64,000 bases of DNA, taken from assembly GCA_964434285.1 (NCBI GenBank), contig CAYSUJ010000001.1:33913-97912 (forward strand), in the 5' to 3' direction. Below are positions 9,351 through 19,430 of this stretch, piece after piece (positions within the stretch are counted from its first letter, which is position 1; each line of letters opens with the position of its first letter). The DNA comes from an uncultured Candidatus Saccharibacteria bacterium (GTDB lineage Bacteria; Patescibacteriota; Minisyncoccia; Phycocordibacterales; UBA2100). The notes under the pieces were generated by a model. That model saw only the letters and a list, made by a program, of their open reading frames with translations. It did not search any database and was not told the origin of the DNA. A program made the position numbers and the translations under genes.

Positions 9351-10307
9351 ATGCTTGTTGATGACGTGACCATCCGCCTTTCAGGCGGAAACGGAGGTTC
9401 TGGGATTGTCGGCTTTGCGCGCACGAAGGGTAATTTAGGACCGACGGGTGCAAATGGCGGACCAGGCGGCGATGTTATTTTGGAAGGGGTGAATGACATC
9501 TCGGCGCTACTGCAGTTTCGTTTTAATAAGGAATTTAAGGCGGCTGATGGTGGGGTGGGCACAACCCGGCTGCGAGACGGCGAGCGAGGTGAAGATCTTA
9601 TTCTTAAAATTCCGGTGGGCACTGTCATTACGAATCAGGACACCGGCGAAACGCACGAAATAACGAATGAGGGTGAGCAGATTCTCGTTGCGCATGGCGG
9701 GTATCGCGGGCGTGGCAACTACCATTTCCGCGCGTCTACTAACACCTCCCCGAAGGAGTTTGAAGAAGGCAAGGAGGGCGAGAGTTTTACCTTCCGTTTA
9801 GAGCTTAAGATGATCGCCGACGTGGGGCTTATCGGTCTACCCAACGCTGGCAAATCCTCGCTCTTGAACGCACTTACGGGTGCACATTCGAAGGTCGGGA
9901 ATTACAGCTTTACGACGCTCGAGCCACACCTGGGAGCGTTCTACGGTCTGATACTCGCCGATGTACCAGGCCTCATCGAAGGCGCTTCAGAGGGGAAAGG
10001 GCTCGGTGATAAATTTCTGCGTCACATCGAGCGCACGCGTTCGATTTTCCATCTTATTTCCGCTGAAAACGATGACGTCGTCCGTGATTACAAAATTGTT
10101 CGCACCGAACTTGCGGAGTTCAATCCTGCGCTATTAGAGAAAGAAGAGTACGTATTTCTTTCGAAGGTTGATATGGTGAGCGAGGACGAGCGGATCGAAA
10201 AATTGCAAAAACTACGAGCCGCTCATGTGAATGTGAGCACGATTTCAGTCATCGACGATGAGAGTATGGGGCGAGTTCGAGAGCTTCTGAACACCATGCG
10301 GGCGTAA
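9351..10307 (+). CDS. obg: GTPase Obg (short, 318 aa)
   Basis: Obg-fold N-terminus with a glycine-rich region and a G domain carrying GLIGLPNAGKSSLLNALT (G1) and DVPGLIEGA (G3). Confidence 0.85.
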   Translation: MLVDDVTIRLSGGNGGSGIVGFARTKGNLGPTGANGGPGGDVILEGVNDISALLQFRFNKEFKAADGGVGTTRLRDGERGEDLILKIPVGTVITNQDTGETHEITNEGEQILVAHGGYRGRGNYHFRASTNTSPKEFEEGKEGESFTFRLELKMIADVGLIGLPNAGKSSLLNALTGAHSKVGNYSFTTLEPHLGAFYGLILADVPGLIEGASEGKGLGDKFLRHIERTRSIFHLISAENDDVVRDYKIVRTELAEFNPALLEKEEYVFLSKVDMVSEDERIEKLQKLRAAHVNVSTISVIDDESMGRVRELLNTMRA

Positions 10308-10325
10308 TCTTGATACAATACGCGC

Positions 10326-11570
10326 ATGGCACTTTTTGTAAATCCCGCTTTTTGGACAGGCTCTCTAGTGATGCTTGCTGGTGTTCTGCTCGTTGCAGCA
10401 CTCATGATAGCAATTTACTTTGCAATGACTGCGCGTCGTCGCGCCGAGCATGGCATGGAACTTCTCGTTGATGATCGAAGGCGTGCCGAGGAACGACTTC
10501 ATGAAGCGGAAGAGATAGGGAAAGTTGGTAGTTTTTTGTGGGACTTCGAGGATCCGACGCGTTCGTATTGGTCAGATGAGATGTATACGCTGTTTGGTCT
10601 CGTAAAGAGAAGGAAAATGCCACCCATTGATTCCTTAGACCCGTACATTCACGAAGGTGATCGAGAGCGCTTTAGGGGCGCATGGCAACGAGCCGCTTCG
10701 CAACCAGGGATGTTTAGTTTTACGGTGCGTACCGTCTCATCGCAAGGTCAAGTGCGTAATTTGAATGTTGAAGGACGTTCGGCTGTTGTAGACCACAAGA
10801 CGCGTTCCGTGCGTGGCGTGGCGCATGATGTCACCAAAGAAATGGAAGTAGATCGAGCTAAGTCGGAATTCGTCTCGCTCGCATCGCATCAATTGAAAAC
10901 GCCTTTGACTTCGATTAAATGGCTTTCAGAGATGCTCGTTGCGGAAGGTGCTGAACCTCTTACTCCAAAACAAGAAGAGTACATAAAAAATATCAAGAGT
11001 TCAGCCCGCCAAATGGTGGAGATGGTGAACGACCTCCTGAACATGTCACGCATCGAGCTCGGTACCCTTGCGATGACGCTTTCGGATTTTAGTATCGATA
11101 CCTTACTACATGATGTTGCTCGTGAGCAGGAACATGCGGCGGCACAAAGAAAAGTGAAAGTAAATCTCGTTTCGGATCCGAATTTTCCTACCATGCACGC
11201 TGACGAAAAGCTCGTCCGCATGATGTTACAGAATCTGCTCTCAAACGCGATCAAGTATTCACGTGAAGGCGGCACGGTGGACTATACACTCTCTCTCGTG
11301 AGCGTCCCGAACGATGCCATTTATTTGGTGGTGAAGGATAGTGGTATTGGCATTCCCGAGAGTGAGCGTGAAAAAGTGTTTCAGCGTCTGTATCGTGCAA
11401 CAAATGCACAAAAATTGGTACCCGACGGAACCGGACTCGGCTTGTATGTTATTAAGATTGTGCTCGCGCGTGCGGGCGGTAGTATTACCTTCGAAACAGA
11501 GGAGGGCAAGGGAACTACTTTCTTCGTTTCCATGCCCGTCGTTTGGCAGAGTGGGGAAAAAGCTGCATAA
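10326..11570 (+). CDS. sensor histidine kinase (TM, PAS, HisKA, HATPase_c)
   Basis: H-box SLASHQLKTPLTSIKWLSEML, plus N box and G box (DSGIGIP, GTGLGLYVIK). Confidence 0.8.
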   Translation: MALFVNPAFWTGSLVMLAGVLLVAALMIAIYFAMTARRRAEHGMELLVDDRRRAEERLHEAEEIGKVGSFLWDFEDPTRSYWSDEMYTLFGLVKRRKMPPIDSLDPYIHEGDRERFRGAWQRAASQPGMFSFTVRTVSSQGQVRNLNVEGRSAVVDHKTRSVRGVAHDVTKEMEVDRAKSEFVSLASHQLKTPLTSIKWLSEMLVAEGAEPLTPKQEEYIKNIKSSARQMVEMVNDLLNMSRIELGTLAMTLSDFSIDTLLHDVAREQEHAAAQRKVKVNLVSDPNFPTMHADEKLVRMMLQNLLSNAIKYSREGGTVDYTLSLVSVPNDAIYLVVKDSGIGIPESEREKVFQRLYRATNAQKLVPDGTGLGLYVIKIVLARAGGSITFETEEGKGTTFFVSMPVVWQSGEKAA

Positions 11571-11597
11571 CTTTGTAATTAATCGTATACTGCCCGC

Positions 11598-11975
11598 ATG
11601 ACGAATACAAAAACAGTTCTCGTGGTTGAGGATGAGCCAGCGGTTGCGCTCGCGCTGACTGATGCTCTTCAAAAAGAAACGTTTACCGTATTGAGCGCCA
11701 AGGACGGGCAGGAGGGTCTTGCGCAGGTACTTGCACACCATCCCGACATTGTTGTCACTGATATAAAAATGCCCGTCATGACCGGTCTTGAGATGATCGA
11801 AAAAATTCGCGCCGATGAATGGGGTAGGGATGCAAAAATACTTATACTCTCGAACATGAGCGACCTTGAGACCCTGCAGAATGCCATGGAGAAGGGGGCT
11901 TTCCACTATATGATGAAGGGGGATTCGAGTATGGCGGATATTGTTGCGGCTATTAAAAAATATCTGGAGATGTAA
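11598..11975 (+). CDS. response regulator, stand-alone receiver (CheY-like)
   Basis: VLVVEDEP ... VVTDIKMPVMTGLE ... KILILSNM. No output domain. Confidence 0.8.
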   Translation: MTNTKTVLVVEDEPAVALALTDALQKETFTVLSAKDGQEGLAQVLAHHPDIVVTDIKMPVMTGLEMIEKIRADEWGRDAKILILSNMSDLETLQNAMEKGAFHYMMKGDSSMADIVAAIKKYLEM

Positions 11976-11987
11976 GCTGCTCTCATC

Positions 11988-12671
11988 ATGTTGAAAATAA
12001 TATCGGGATTGCTTGCCGGTGGAATGCTTCTCGGGCTTGGCTTTTGGTATAGTGGCACCTCGAAAGTCAGTACGAGCGACGAAGCGCAGAAGATGGCCGA
12101 GCGTTTCGTTGAAAATTACGGGCGCACAAGGGAAGCGCAGGCTGCCGCAGCTTCGGCACCTGTGTCCGATACCATTAAGAGCAATAGCAAAAAAATCATG
12201 AACGCAACACTACACACGAATCAGGGCGATATTACCATTGAGTTTACTCAGGATGCACCGAACACGGTCGCCAATTTTACCAAACTTGCCGGGGAAGGTT
12301 TCTACAACGGCACTAAGTTTCACCGTGTCATCAAGGGCTTTATGATCCAGGGTGGTGATCCTCTCACAAAAGATGATTCGATGGCGGCGCGTTGGGGTAC
12401 GGGCGGTCCTGGCTATCAATTCGCCGATGAGATCCATGCAAACAATAAGAATGAAATCGGTACGATCTCAATGGCAAACGCGGGGCCGAACACCAACGGT
12501 AGCCAATTCTTTATCAACGTTGCGAACAACAACTTCCTCGACTCGAAGCACACTGTCTTCGGGAAAGTGACGGCGGGTATGGACGTTGTCGCGGCGATTG
12601 AAAGCACGGCGACTGGTGCGGGCGATCGTCCAGCGGAGCCGATGGTGATTGAGAGTGTAACACTTAAATAA
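11988..12671 (+). CDS. peptidyl-prolyl cis-trans isomerase, cyclophilin type, with N-terminal signal/TM
   Basis: HRVIKGFMIQGGDP and GTISMANAGPNTNGSQFFI cyclophilin motifs. Confidence 0.85.
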   Translation: MLKIISGLLAGGMLLGLGFWYSGTSKVSTSDEAQKMAERFVENYGRTREAQAAAASAPVSDTIKSNSKKIMNATLHTNQGDITIEFTQDAPNTVANFTKLAGEGFYNGTKFHRVIKGFMIQGGDPLTKDDSMAARWGTGGPGYQFADEIHANNKNEIGTISMANAGPNTNGSQFFINVANNNFLDSKHTVFGKVTAGMDVVAAIESTATGAGDRPAEPMVIESVTLK

Positions 12672-12731
12672 TAGTTGTTTGTGGCCGCTGTTACGTACTT
12701 CACGCTACAACGATCATCGCGTGCGAAGTAC

Positions 12732-13220
12732 ATGCGAATCACGGTGCGCCCAGGCGGATTTGTTGTGCTGACCGCGCCACCCACGATGTCGATGGCGGAA
12801 ATAGAAAGTTATGTCGCCTCAAAGCGAACATGGCTCACGAAAAGTATTGCGCGCATGGAAAGCTTACGCGCGCTCCCTGTTTCTGGGCGTCGCTCCTATG
12901 TGCGTCATAAAGAGGGGGCTCGCGTGTTCGTGACTGAGCGCCTCGTTCATTGGAATCAGTACTGCCGGTACTCATACAAACGCGTTTCCATAAAAAACAC
13001 ACGACGACTCTGGGGGAGCTGTTCTCGCAGAGGAAATCTCAATTTTTCATTTGCACTTCTCTTCCTCCCGCGCGAGCTTGCTGATTACGTAATAGTCCAC
13101 GAATTGTGCCACCTCAAGGAGCACAGTCATGGGCGTGATTTTTGGCGCCTTGTAGAACGAGTGCTGCCTGACTACCGCGCCCGACGTGCCGAGTTACGAC
13201 GCTACAGCCCGGCGGGCTAG
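12732..13220 (+). CDS. YgjP/DUF45-like (WLM/M48-type) metal-dependent hydrolase
   Basis: HELCHLKEHSHGRDFW HExxH motif near the C-terminus. The track ORF starts at 12675. Confidence 0.6.
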   Translation: MRITVRPGGFVVLTAPPTMSMAEIESYVASKRTWLTKSIARMESLRALPVSGRRSYVRHKEGARVFVTERLVHWNQYCRYSYKRVSIKNTRRLWGSCSRRGNLNFSFALLFLPRELADYVIVHELCHLKEHSHGRDFWRLVERVLPDYRARRAELRRYSPAG

Positions 13221-13260
13221 TCTAGTTGGAACGCGTGTTCCCGCGAGGTAGGATGCCTCT

Positions 13261-13803
13261 ATGGAAGCGGGCGAAACTTTTACTATCGCACAAAAGAGTC
13301 GTTTTTCACGCCTGTGGGAGATTACGAATGCCTACGGCGGTCGCGTGGGTGCCTTTCGCACGCTGCGACGTTTTGGATACTTCAAAGGTGAGGGAGAGGC
13401 GGCGGGCACGACGCGCACGCTTGTGTATGGAAATTGGGGATGGGGTCGCGGTGAAGTGCGCGACGAATGGGGGCATGCGGTTGGCACGACCCAACGCTCG
13501 TTTCTTGCGCGAGAGGCACAGCTCATCCTGTATGAAAAAGAGTATGTGTGGCGCACGGATCTTGGGGGCACTTTTTTCTCGATTACGCTCACTGATGACG
13601 CGGAACTAGTGCGGGTCACGGGCTGTGGTGGTTTTGGTATGGGAGGCACGATTACCGTGCATGAGCCAGTAGAAAATGGCGAATTGCTCACCCTCGTCTA
13701 CATGGGCCTCTTTCAAACCCGTGCGCGTGAGGCGGAGGTTGCACTCGTGAGCGGTATTATGGCTGCCATCGCACTCTTCGGTTTGACCCGATTTCTTTCG
13801 TAA
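13261..13803 (+). CDS. hypothetical protein with C-terminal hydrophobic anchor
   Basis: 180-aa ORF. I chose this frame over the overlapping Arg-rich 13226..13609 frame. No family recognised. Confidence 0.3.
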   Translation: MEAGETFTIAQKSRFSRLWEITNAYGGRVGAFRTLRRFGYFKGEGEAAGTTRTLVYGNWGWGRGEVRDEWGHAVGTTQRSFLAREAQLILYEKEYVWRTDLGGTFFSITLTDDAELVRVTGCGGFGMGGTITVHEPVENGELLTLVYMGLFQTRAREAEVALVSGIMAAIALFGLTRFLS

Positions 13804-13839
13804 GGTTTTCATTCCGCCATCGTCTGTTAGGATACGGAT

Positions 13840-15018
13840 ATGAGAAAGGGAATTCTTTCACTCATGGTTTTTGTCGTGCTTGCACCGCAGGCGGCTTCTG
13901 CAGCCGTGTGGTCGGCGCCGTTTGAGATTTCTGGCTGGATACCCTATTGGCGCGCAGCAACGGGTACGCAGGAGACACTCGCACACCTCGACACTTTTAA
14001 AGAAATCAACCCGTTCGGCTACACGGTGCAGGAAGATGGTCGCTTGTGGGATGCCGCAGCTATTTCCGTCGAACCGTGGACGACCTTGCGTGCCGAGGCT
14101 AAGAAAAAAAATGTGCGCTATATCCCGACCGTTATGTGGTCAAATGCAGAGGCAATGCACAACGTACTCTCTGATCCGAAACTCCGCGCGCGACATATTG
14201 CGATGATCGTTGATGAGGCAAAGGCGAACGATTTTGACGGCATCGACATCGACTACGAGGGCAAATATGAAAAGACGCGACCCTATTTTTCGCTTTTCCT
14301 CAAAGAGCTCTATAAGGCGATGGGGGAGAAGTGGGTGATGTGTACGATTGAAAGCCGCACGCCGCTAGCCGACCGCTATCACGGCACAACGCCGCCAGCT
14401 GATGCGGGGCTGTACGCAAATGACTGGGTGGAGATCAACAAATACTGCGACCGCGTGCGCTTCATGACCTACGATCAGCAGACGATCGATCAGAAGCGCG
14501 AAGCGGAAGTGAGTGAGCCCTACGGTCCTGTCTCCGACACCGTGTGGGTTGAAAAAGCAATTCGTGAGGCAATGAAGACGATTCCGAAAAATAAGATCGT
14601 GATGGGCATCCCGACGTATGGTTATGAATGGAACGTGACAACGTACGCAAATAACGAGCACATGTATGACCTCCTGTGGACGTTCAATCCACAATACGGA
14701 TGGGATGTAGCGAATGAATACAATGTGACACCGGGGCGAAACGCGGGTGGCGAATTAGGGTTCACGTACTTCCCGAAAGACAGTAAATTCTCGCTCGGGC
14801 GCCCTTCGAGCGCGTGGCCGTTCAACCTCGTTGCCTCTGCCGCTTCGGCACTCACAACCGCGCAGAACACCAACATAACCTATCGCATGGTTACCTGGCA
14901 GGATTCACAGGCGATTGCCGAAAAAATCGCGCTCGCAAAAAAACTCGGCATCCGCGGCGTTGCTATCTTTAAGGTAGACGGCGGTCAGGATCCGAAGATG
15001 TGGGATGTGTTGAAATAA
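13840..15018 (+). CDS. secreted glycoside hydrolase family 18 (chitinase-like)
   Basis: Signal peptide, then FDGIDIDYEG (DxxDxDxE catalytic motif). Confidence 0.75.
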   Translation: MRKGILSLMVFVVLAPQAASAAVWSAPFEISGWIPYWRAATGTQETLAHLDTFKEINPFGYTVQEDGRLWDAAAISVEPWTTLRAEAKKKNVRYIPTVMWSNAEAMHNVLSDPKLRARHIAMIVDEAKANDFDGIDIDYEGKYEKTRPYFSLFLKELYKAMGEKWVMCTIESRTPLADRYHGTTPPADAGLYANDWVEINKYCDRVRFMTYDQQTIDQKREAEVSEPYGPVSDTVWVEKAIREAMKTIPKNKIVMGIPTYGYEWNVTTYANNEHMYDLLWTFNPQYGWDVANEYNVTPGRNAGGELGFTYFPKDSKFSLGRPSSAWPFNLVASAASALTTAQNTNITYRMVTWQDSQAIAEKIALAKKLGIRGVAIFKVDGGQDPKMWDVLK

Positions 15019-15046
15019 CCTCCGTTTTTCGATATATACTGTGTGC

Positions 15047-16096
15047 ATGCATACCCGCATATCGGGACTCTATTTTCTCCTCTTGCTCCTTGGCGGTGCA
15101 CTCGTCTTGAGTTACTTTATTTTTGAACCGTTTCTCACTCCGCTTATTCTCGCAGCCGTGTTTGCCGTGGTGCTGCAGCCACTCTACCTTCATGTGGCAT
15201 CGTTCATCCCGCGATGGCCTTCACTTGCTTCCTTAATCACTGTCATTATTACCATTGTGGGAATTCTCGTACCGCTCTCGCTCGTAGGGACACAAATTGG
15301 CATCGAGTCGCGCGACCTCTATCTCCAGCTCTCCGACAGGGAAACTCGCACGCAGATTCAATCTGTCGCGGCGAATCTCGAGCAACTTGTTGGAGATCGT
15401 TTCCCGGCCGCGCGTGGTTTCTCCAATGATCTCTCAGCGAATCTCTCCACCTACGCACAAACGGCGCTCCAATGGCTCATTCAACATGTGGGCACGGCGG
15501 CAACGAGTGCGGCGTCGGTCGTTCTCAAATTTTTCCTCTTCTTTATCGCGCTCTATTATCTCTTGCGTGATGGGGCCAAGCTCAAAGAGAAAATCGTTGA
15601 ACTCTCCCCCCTCAAAGATACGTACGACGAATCTATTTTCGACAAGCTCGAACTCGCCGTGAATTCTGTGATCCGCGGAAATCTTTCGATTGCGCTCATC
15701 CAAGGCGTGCTCACCGGCATCGGCTTCACGATCTTTGGTGTTCCGAATAGCGTTTTGTGGGGCACGGTAGCGGCCATCGCCGCCCTTATCCCCGGCCTTG
15801 GCACGGGTCTCGTGTTTGCACCGACGATTCTTTTTATGTATTTCGCGGGGGACACCACCGCAGCGATAGGGCTCGCCGTGTGGGGCGTACTCGCTGTCGG
15901 CCTTATCGACAACTTCCTCGGGCCACAGCTTATTGGTCGCGGCGTCAATCTCCACCCGCTCCTCGTGCTTCTCTCGGTTCTCGGCGGCCTTTCGTTTTTC
16001 GGTCCTATTGGGATCTTTCTCGGCCCACTTTCCCTGAGCCTGCTCTTCGCGTTTATCTCTATATATTCAGAAATCTCAAAGCGTGCCTCAAACTAG
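15047..16096 (+). CDS. AI-2E family transporter (PerM/YdiK-like)
   Basis: Polytopic membrane protein with AI-2E-like topology and a conserved Gly-rich C-terminal half. Confidence 0.7.
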   Translation: MHTRISGLYFLLLLLGGALVLSYFIFEPFLTPLILAAVFAVVLQPLYLHVASFIPRWPSLASLITVIITIVGILVPLSLVGTQIGIESRDLYLQLSDRETRTQIQSVAANLEQLVGDRFPAARGFSNDLSANLSTYAQTALQWLIQHVGTAATSAASVVLKFFLFFIALYYLLRDGAKLKEKIVELSPLKDTYDESIFDKLELAVNSVIRGNLSIALIQGVLTGIGFTIFGVPNSVLWGTVAAIAALIPGLGTGLVFAPTILFMYFAGDTTAAIGLAVWGVLAVGLIDNFLGPQLIGRGVNLHPLLVLLSVLGGLSFFGPIGIFLGPLSLSLLFAFISIYSEISKRASN

Positions 16097-16128
16097 ACAG
16101 TAATCGTTTGACCGAGTATTCTCGGTGA

Positions 16129-17364
16129 ATGTCAAAAAAACTCTACACACCGTCGCCGGAAATTCTTAAGAAGTACGCAGATGTCCTCGTAAACTTTGCC
16201 CTCGGAGGAGGGAAGGGAATTAAGAAGGGGGATGTTGTGCAAGTTACCGGCTCTGAGAGCTGTAAGCCGCTTTTTATCGCGGTGCGAAATGCTGTCTTGA
16301 ATGCGGGTGGACACGTGATTGCGACGTATTCGCCGGACTCCAACAACCCAAAAGAGAGCATGGCGCGCTACTTCTACGAAAACGCGAAAGACCACCAGCT
16401 CGATTGGTTTCCCAAGAAATATGTGCGCGGTCTCGTTGATGAGATGGATCACGTCGTCCACATAATTTCCGAAGCTAACAAGAAGGAACTTGAGGGAATT
16501 GACCCGAAAAAGATCATGCGCCGTGGTCTCGCGTGGAAGCCCTCTCGCGACTGGCAGAATGAGAAGGAGATGCAGGGAAAATTCTTCTGGACGATTGCAC
16601 TCTATGGCACGCCCGCGATGGCGAAGGAGGCGGGGCTTACTGAAAAAGAATACTGGAACGAGATCATAAAAGCGTGTTTCCTCGACAAAAAAGATCCGAT
16701 TGCAGAGTGGCGAAAAGTTTACGCAGATATCGAGAAGTATCGCTCACGCTTGAATAAGCTCTCGCCAAAGATCGACAAGCTTCATGTGAAAGGAGTCGAC
16801 GCCGATCTCTGGATCACTTTGGGCGAAAAACGTCAGTGGCTTGCGGGCTCAGGCAGAAACATCCCTTCCTTCGAGATCTTCACGTCGCCTGACTGGCGTG
16901 GCACGAACGGTTGGATTCGATTTAACCAGCCCCTCTATCGTTATGGAGCAAAAATCACCGGGATACAGCTCTGGTGGAAGGATGGTCGTGTCGTGAAGGC
17001 AACAGCTAAGACCAACGAAAAACTCCTTAAGGAGATGATTGCTACTAAAGATGCTGACAAGATGGGGGAATATTCACTCACCGACAGTCGCCACTCACGC
17101 ATCACGAAATTCATGGCCGAGACGCTCTTCGACGAAAACATGGGTGGACCACAAGGCAACACGCACCTCGCCGTTGGCATGAGCTACAAAGACACCTACA
17201 GCGGGAATCTCAAAACGTTCACCAAAAAACAGGCGGAAAAGCTCGGCTTCAACGATTCATCGGTACACACGGATATCATTTCGACCACGCGCCGCACCGT
17301 GACGGCGCACCTTAAGGACGGAACCACAAAAGTCATCTATTCTGACGGAAAGTTCGTGCTCTAG
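16129..17364 (+). CDS. aminopeptidase, M29 (AmpS/PepS/aminopeptidase T) family
   Basis: N-terminus MSKKLYTPSPEILKKYADVLVNFAL and overall length (411 aa) are typical of M29. Confidence 0.6.
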   Translation: MSKKLYTPSPEILKKYADVLVNFALGGGKGIKKGDVVQVTGSESCKPLFIAVRNAVLNAGGHVIATYSPDSNNPKESMARYFYENAKDHQLDWFPKKYVRGLVDEMDHVVHIISEANKKELEGIDPKKIMRRGLAWKPSRDWQNEKEMQGKFFWTIALYGTPAMAKEAGLTEKEYWNEIIKACFLDKKDPIAEWRKVYADIEKYRSRLNKLSPKIDKLHVKGVDADLWITLGEKRQWLAGSGRNIPSFEIFTSPDWRGTNGWIRFNQPLYRYGAKITGIQLWWKDGRVVKATAKTNEKLLKEMIATKDADKMGEYSLTDSRHSRITKFMAETLFDENMGGPQGNTHLAVGMSYKDTYSGNLKTFTKKQAEKLGFNDSSVHTDIISTTRRTVTAHLKDGTTKVIYSDGKFVL

Positions 17365-17376
17365 CCTAGATATCGA

Positions 17377-17420
17377 AAGAGCCGAGGACATTGTAGTGTC
17401 TCGGCTCTTAATTTTTGTAT
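17377..17420. terminator. bidirectional rho-independent terminator (AAGAGCCGAGgACA ... TGTCTCGGCTCTT plus TTTTT)
   Basis: 12-bp stem with one bulge. AATTTTTG follows on the plus strand and an A/T-rich stretch on the minus strand. It lies between convergent genes. Confidence 0.55.
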
Positions 17421-17449
17421 TTCTTTCGTTTCCTCCATGTCTCTACTCC

Positions 17450-17665
17450 TTAGGCTTTGCCGAAAATGCGCGCTTGGCCGCATGACCACTTTTGCACGCG
17501 CCAGTTCGGATGACCCTCTTGCCACTTCGCGATTTCATGCTGCCCGTAGAGCATGCATTGATGGGGAGTGACCTGCTCTGCCATGTAGGTCAGGCGCTCT
17601 GTTTTACATGGCACGCGTCGATCTCCCTCGAGGATTGAGCATATGGTGAGGACGAGTTCAATCAT
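17450..17665 (-). CDS. hypothetical small Cys-containing protein (71 aa; C9, C20, C37, C62)
   Basis: Strong GAGGAG Shine-Dalgarno sequence 4 nt upstream of the ATG. Divergent from msrB. Confidence 0.45.
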   Translation of the reverse strand: MIELVLTICSILEGDRRVPCKTERLTYMAEQVTPHQCMLYGQHEIAKWQEGHPNWRVQKWSCGQARIFGKA

Positions 17666-17786
17666 TTCAATCTCCTCTTCTGGAAAGAACGCAGAACTTG
17701 CGCATTGTGGTGGTGATTCTGTGCGCGGACGTACAGATTACTATGGAGAAAGGTACCGCCATAAATCGAGGCTGTAAAGAGGGTGG

Positions 17787-18221
17787 ATGGTGTGGCTGTG
17801 GCATACTGTGTTCATGGACGAAGAGGATCTGCGAAAAAAGTTAACCAGCGAAGAGTATCGAGTCTTGCGGGAGAAGGGTACAGAAGCACCCTTCACGGGG
17901 ACGCTTCTGGGTGAGAAGCGTGCCGGAATGTTCCGATGCGTCGCATGCGGCAACCAGTTATTCGAATCGTCAATGAAATTTGACTCAGGCACTGGATGGC
18001 CATCGTTCGATCAGGCACTGCCCCATGCAGTTGAGTTTGTTGAGGATGATTCACACGGCATGCACCGTACGGAGGTGATTTGTGCCCAGTGCAAGTCGCA
18101 TTTAGGGCATATTTTCAACGACGGTCCGACGGAAACGGGTAAGCGTCACTGCATAAATTCAGTTTGCCTCGCGTTTGAGCCGAAAAACGGCTCTACACAG
18201 GGTGAGGGAAAAGTCGATTGA
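17787..18221 (+). CDS. msrB: peptide-methionine (R)-S-oxide reductase MsrB
   Basis: Two CxxC zinc motifs (CVACGNQLF / CAQCKSHLGH) and the catalytic region HLGHIFNDGP. An alternative ATG lies at 17814. Confidence 0.85.
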   Translation: MVWLWHTVFMDEEDLRKKLTSEEYRVLREKGTEAPFTGTLLGEKRAGMFRCVACGNQLFESSMKFDSGTGWPSFDQALPHAVEFVEDDSHGMHRTEVICAQCKSHLGHIFNDGPTETGKRHCINSVCLAFEPKNGSTQGEGKVD

Positions 18222-18295
18222 CGAGGCGCCCCTAGTCGTATTTAGTGTAGGGGTCAGACGCATGACGATTATTAAGCTCTAACAATCCAATTTCT

Positions 18296-18550
18296 ATGGC
18301 AAAGAGCAATTCAGCATTTATGAAGCCGATGAAGCTTTCGGACGATCTTGAAGCAGTCGTAGGTAAGGGTCCTATGCCTCGTTCCGAGGTGGTGAAAGGC
18401 CTCTGGGCGTACATCAAGAAGCATGGTCTCCAGGATCAGAAGAACAAGCGCAACATCAACGCAGACGACAAGCTTAAGGTCGTCTTCGGGGGTAAGGGCA
18501 CGGTATCGATGTTCGAGATGACAAAGCTCGTTTCCAAGCACCTTTCTTAA
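18296..18550 (+). CDS. SWIB/MDM2 domain protein
   Basis: 84 aa, with DLEAVVG...MPRSEVVKGLWAYIKKHGLQD... Confidence 0.65.
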   Translation: MAKSNSAFMKPMKLSDDLEAVVGKGPMPRSEVVKGLWAYIKKHGLQDQKNKRNINADDKLKVVFGGKGTVSMFEMTKLVSKHLS

Positions 18551-19401
18551 GAAAGTGCCGCGCGAGAGGAGAGTACCCCGGCAATCCCGGGGTTTTCTTC
18601 TATATGCTCTTCGTGCGGAAGAATTATCTGGAGGCCAACCATCATCATGACACCGAGTGCGGCTGCTATAAGGTGTCGTATGCCACCGCCGTTTATGCGG
18701 ATACTATGTGCGGCGTGCGGGATGAGGTCGCGAAGGACGACCGCCAAGAATCCACCGGCTGCGATCCCTCCAAATAAGACGAGGATTTCCTCGGATGAGG
18801 AGAGGAATAGCGCAAGCATCACACCGGCAAGAATAGTTGCCGAGGCAAGAAGGTTGCGTGTGAGGGCGTCACGAACTGAATACCCCGCGCTTCTGAGTAC
18901 GAAAAACTCGGAAACCTCTTGCACGAACTCATGAATCAGAATACCAAGAGTGGCAGCAACACCTGTCGCTGGTCCTGCGCTGAACGACGCGACGATGAGA
19001 ACGCCGTCGCCAACGTTGTGGACCGCATCGCTCGCGAGCACACGTCTGCCATCGATTGGTGAGTGCTCGTGACCATGCTCGATCGAGTGGTGATGGTGTC
19101 CGGAGGGGAGAAGGTGGTGCAAGGACTCTATGAGTGCTGCACCGAACAGGACCGCTCCGGCCGCGAGTGCGACGGAGCCCTCATGAAGCGATTCTTCCAA
19201 GAGGTGATAGATCACAATGATGAAGACGCCGCCCGCGAACGTGGCGAGATAGGGGAGATTGCGCTGCATCCAGGTTCGCAAGAATCCAGAGGCGAAGAGA
19301 ACGCCTGATAATGAAACAAGCATGACCGCAAGCGCGGCCATGAACGACATGAGCGTAATAGACATATAGGGGCACTCTAGCACCACTTTTCTGTTTTGCA
19401 A
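18547..19401 (-). CDS. ZIP family metal (zinc) transporter
   Basis: His-rich loop HHHSIEHGHEH and conserved ZIP TM helices (HNVGDG, HEFVQE). An alternative start M13 lies at 19365. Confidence 0.75.
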   Translation of the reverse strand: MQNRKVVLECPYMSITLMSFMAALAVMLVSLSGVLFASGFLRTWMQRNLPYLATFAGGVFIIVIYHLLEESLHEGSVALAAGAVLFGAALIESLHHLLPSGHHHHSIEHGHEHSPIDGRRVLASDAVHNVGDGVLIVASFSAGPATGVAATLGILIHEFVQEVSEFFVLRSAGYSVRDALTRNLLASATILAGVMLALFLSSSEEILVLFGGIAAGGFLAVVLRDLIPHAAHSIRINGGGIRHLIAAALGVMMMVGLQIILPHEEHIEENPGIAGVLSSRAALS

Positions 19402-19411
19402 ATGATTTGCA
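19397..19411. promoter_or_regulatory. Zur/Fur-box-like 7-1-7 palindrome TGCAAATgATTTGCA
   Basis: Perfect inverted repeat in the divergent ZIP/fur intergenic region. It matches the Zur box TGAAAATGATTTTCA at 13 of 15 positions. Confidence 0.5.
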
Positions 19412-19430
19412 TTATGCTACTGTGGACACT

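Noticed and set aside
13226-13609. Alternative 127-aa frame for the hypothetical gene at 13261
   Set aside because: The product is extremely Arg-rich (..RERRRARRARL..). The overlapping 13261 frame has more protein-like composition and a C-terminal TM, though neither is confidently assigned.
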